A DNA stretch of 52,415 nt, taken from the NCBI GenBank assembly GCA_947458335.1, contig CANGYW010000001.1:1-52415 (forward strand), written 5' to 3'. Both the position numbers and the translations under genes were made by a program. Origin of the DNA: Chitinophagaceae bacterium. GTDB lineage: Bacteria > Bacteroidota > Bacteroidia > Chitinophagales > Chitinophagaceae. Shown in pieces: positions 49,911-52,415 of the stretch. Every line of letters starts with the position of its first letter. Position 1 is the first letter of the stretch. The notes under the pieces are model-generated. The model was not told the DNA's origin. It searched no databases and was given only the letters and a program-made list of their open reading frames with translations.

Positions 49911-50732
49911 ATGGGTACTACTAAGAAAAAAGAGGTCGCCGCCCCACCAAAAGCTCGGGTAAAAAAGGAAAAACCGGTAATTCTTATTACCAATGATGAC
50001 GGCATCAGTGCCCCCGGTATTCGGAATCTAGTGGAATCGGTTAAGGATCTCGGACATATCTACGTGGTAGCCCCCGACAAACCTCAATCTGGCATGGGCC
50101 ATGCCATCACCATCGGAGAACCCCTTCGACTACAGAAGACCCATCATTTCGAAGGCATCGATTCGTACGCCTGCTCGGGAACTCCGGTTGACTGCGTTAA
50201 GCTGGCCGTAGATAAAGTGCTACACCGTAAACCTGATCTCTGTCTCAGCGGTATCAACCATGGCGCCAATCACAGCATCAATGTAATTTATTCTGGTACC
50301 ATGTCGGCTGCCGTTGAGGCGGCCATAGAAGATATTCCCTCCGCGGGATTCTCATTGCTCGATTACAGCATTGAAGCCGACTTTACCGCCGCTCGTTTGT
50401 ACGCCCGCCTGGTAGTCGAAAAAATGATGCAGACCAAGTTGGGCAGACACACTGTGTTAAACGTGAACATTCCGGCGCAAAAATATGAGTTGATTCGCGG
50501 CATAAAGATCTGCAGACAGGCCTATGCCAAGTACAACGAGAACTACGTACAGCGCAACGATCCGCATGGCAAACATTATTTCTGGCTAACCGGAGAATTC
50601 GTGAATGCCGACAAAGGAAAAGATACCGATGTCTGGGCGCTGGCTAATAATTATGTGAGTGTGGTACCTGTGCAATATGACCTCACGCATTATTCGTATA
50701 AAGAACAACTGGCTAAAAGCTGGAAATTATGA
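49911..50732 (+). CDS. surE: 5'/3'-nucleotidase SurE
   Basis: ILITNDDG, VVAP...QSG, GTPVDCV, SGINHG.N, YSGT. Start moved to ATG 49911. Confidence 0.96.
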   Translation: MGTTKKKEVAAPPKARVKKEKPVILITNDDGISAPGIRNLVESVKDLGHIYVVAPDKPQSGMGHAITIGEPLRLQKTHHFEGIDSYACSGTPVDCVKLAVDKVLHRKPDLCLSGINHGANHSINVIYSGTMSAAVEAAIEDIPSAGFSLLDYSIEADFTAARLYARLVVEKMMQTKLGRHTVLNVNIPAQKYELIRGIKICRQAYAKYNENYVQRNDPHGKHYFWLTGEFVNADKGKDTDVWALANNYVSVVPVQYDLTHYSYKEQLAKSWKL

Positions 50733-51025
50733 TCCTTACCAAAGACGATCAACGACTGGGACTGGCGTTGGGTTTTGTAGGTCCCTTGTTGGGACTGGTC
50801 TTCTTGTATAGCTGGAAATTTCACAGTTACACCTTTGGTGAGTTCCTCGAGAGTTTTATACGAGAGAACCGGCTTATTACGTCTATCGGTTCCCTTAGTT
50901 TACTGGTAAATGCCATTTTGTTTACTATCTACGTCAATACCGAAAGAGACCGTACAGCGCGCGGCATTTTTATAGTGACACTTTGCTACGGCATTGGCAT
51001 TCTGTTGCTCAAGCTATTCAATTAA
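50729..51025 (+). CDS. Small three-TM membrane protein of unknown function
   Basis: Three hydrophobic segments; ATGA overlap with surE, 3 nt before lpxB. Confidence 0.75.
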   Translation: MILTKDDQRLGLALGFVGPLLGLVFLYSWKFHSYTFGEFLESFIRENRLITSIGSLSLLVNAILFTIYVNTERDRTARGIFIVTLCYGIGILLLKLFN

Positions 51026-51028
51026 CAC

Positions 51029-52144
51029 ATGCGCTACTATATTATAGCGGGCGAGGCCTCTGGTGATCTTCATGGAAGCAACCTGATTGCGTCACTGCAC
51101 CAACAAGACCCACAGGCCGTTATTCGCTGCTGGGGAGGCGATAAGATGCAAGCGGCCGGTGCTTCGCTGGTAAAGCATTATCGCGAACTGGCGTTTATGG
51201 GCTTTGCTGAAGTGATCAAGAACCTGCCTACCATATTGCGTAATCTTCGTCTTTGTAAAGACGACATCCGATCGTTTCATCCCGACGTACTTATCTGCAT
51301 CGATTATCCGGGATTTAATCTACGAATCGCCAAGTGGGCGCACGCGCAAAAAATACGCGTTGTCTACTACATTGCCCCGCAAGTTTGGGCCTGGAAAGAG
51401 AACAGGGTAAAAGAGATGAAGCACACCATCGATCAGTTGTTGGTCATTCTTCCGTTCGAAAAAGATTTTTTTGCTTCTCGGTGGCAATGGACTGTTTCTT
51501 ACGTAGGCCATCCCCTGGTGCAAGTCATCGATAACGCCAAAAAAGTTCCCGTTATAGAGCCACTGTCTGATAAACCCATCGTGGCGCTCCTCCCCGGTAG
51601 TCGACAGCAAGAGATTGCCAAAAAATTACCGGTGATGTTAGCGGTGAGTCGTTCTTTTCCGAATCATCAATTTGTGGTGGCCAAAGCGCCAGGCACATCC
51701 GATACATTTTATGCAGATCTGTTAGCCGCCTATCCAAATGTAACAGTGGTTAGCGACCAAACCTACCCTCTCTTGCAGCAGGCAAAGGCCGCATTGGTTA
51801 CATCGGGAACCGCTACGCTCGAAACCGCACTATTCGGCGTGCCTCAGGTGGTTTGTTATAAAGGATCGTGGTTGTCTTATCAAATTGGAAAGCGACTAGT
51901 TAAAGTCCCATTTATCTCATTGGTCAATTTGATCATGAATAAAGCCGTGGTAACGGAGTTGATCCAAGATAACCTGACCCCAACCTCACTTACGACAGCC
52001 TTACAAGAGCTGCTAGCTGACACTCCTAAAAGAAAACAGGTAGAAGAAGACTATTTGCAACTGCATCAGCTGCTTAGTCAGCGTGGCAATGCTTCGGTGC
52101 AAGCCGCCTCGCTTATAATAGCGGGTCTTAAAAGATCAGCTTGA
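51029..52144 (+). CDS. lpxB: Lipid-A-disaccharide synthase
   Basis: AGEASGDLHG, IDYPGFN, PQVWAW, LPFE, VGHPL, LPGSR, SGTATLE. Confidence 0.97.
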   Translation: MRYYIIAGEASGDLHGSNLIASLHQQDPQAVIRCWGGDKMQAAGASLVKHYRELAFMGFAEVIKNLPTILRNLRLCKDDIRSFHPDVLICIDYPGFNLRIAKWAHAQKIRVVYYIAPQVWAWKENRVKEMKHTIDQLLVILPFEKDFFASRWQWTVSYVGHPLVQVIDNAKKVPVIEPLSDKPIVALLPGSRQQEIAKKLPVMLAVSRSFPNHQFVVAKAPGTSDTFYADLLAAYPNVTVVSDQTYPLLQQAKAALVTSGTATLETALFGVPQVVCYKGSWLSYQIGKRLVKVPFISLVNLIMNKAVVTELIQDNLTPTSLTTALQELLADTPKRKQVEEDYLQLHQLLSQRGNASVQAASLIIAGLKRSA

Positions 52145-52289
52145 TCGCCAGCAGTAGCAGACAAAAAATAAAAATAAAAATGCTGATTCGGTTAATGCCA
52201 TGCATGTATCCGATCCATTTGTCTTTGGGACGACTTGGGTCTTTAGGACGCAAATACAGATACTCGGCCAATTGTTTCAGTACGCTCAT
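52128..52289 (-). CDS. 53-aa small membrane protein missed by the ORF track (DUF6728-like)
   Basis: MSVLKQLAEYLYLRPKDPSRPKDKWIGYMHGINRISIFIFIFCLLLLAIKLIF; TACATTTG -7 element 4 nt upstream of the ATG. Confidence 0.75.
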   Translation of the reverse strand: MSVLKQLAEYLYLRPKDPSRPKDKWIGYMHGINRISIFIFIFCLLLLAIKLIF

Positions 52290-52319
52290 AATGCAAATGT
52301 ACCACGTTACCAGGAGTCA

Positions 52320-52347
52320 TAAAAAAACCCCTCGTTACCAAGGGGTT
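52320..52347 (-). terminator. Intrinsic terminator downstream of the tRNA
   Basis: Minus strand AACCCCT-tggtaacg-AGGGGTT followed by a T-run. Confidence 0.8.
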
Positions 52348-52361
52348 CATTAAAAAATTAC

Positions 52362-52415
<54 letters not shown>

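Overview
Gene-dense chromosomal window from a Bacteroidota organism, most likely Chitinophagaceae-like. Evidence for that call: T9SS sprA/porD, type-B CTD proteins, TAnnTTTG promoters and futalosine mqnB/mqnD. Most of it is core housekeeping: guaB, lnt, sprA, ruvA, fabH/fabD, folE, photolyase, scoAB, rpoZ, bamD, an OmpA-family protein, ispB, recJ, rpsF-rpsR-rplI, an RRM protein, guaA, surE, lpxB and a truncated tRNA-Ala(GGC). No CRISPR array, prophage or IS element was seen. Most notable: (1) a SusD-less locus of two DUF5689-like lipoproteins, a TonB-dependent receptor and a divergent secreted EEP nuclease, a candidate extracellular-DNA scavenging system; (2) a six-gene cluster of two sensor-less histidine kinases, two canonical and two degenerate NarL/LuxR regulators next to the photolyase; (3) a non-canonical LexA-like repressor with three CTAA-N5-TTAG boxes upstream; (4) tandem PTPS-II-type paralogs with folE; (5) several apparently leaderless genes and a Shine-Dalgarno sequence before rpsR. 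All calls come from reading motifs by eye; no searches were run.
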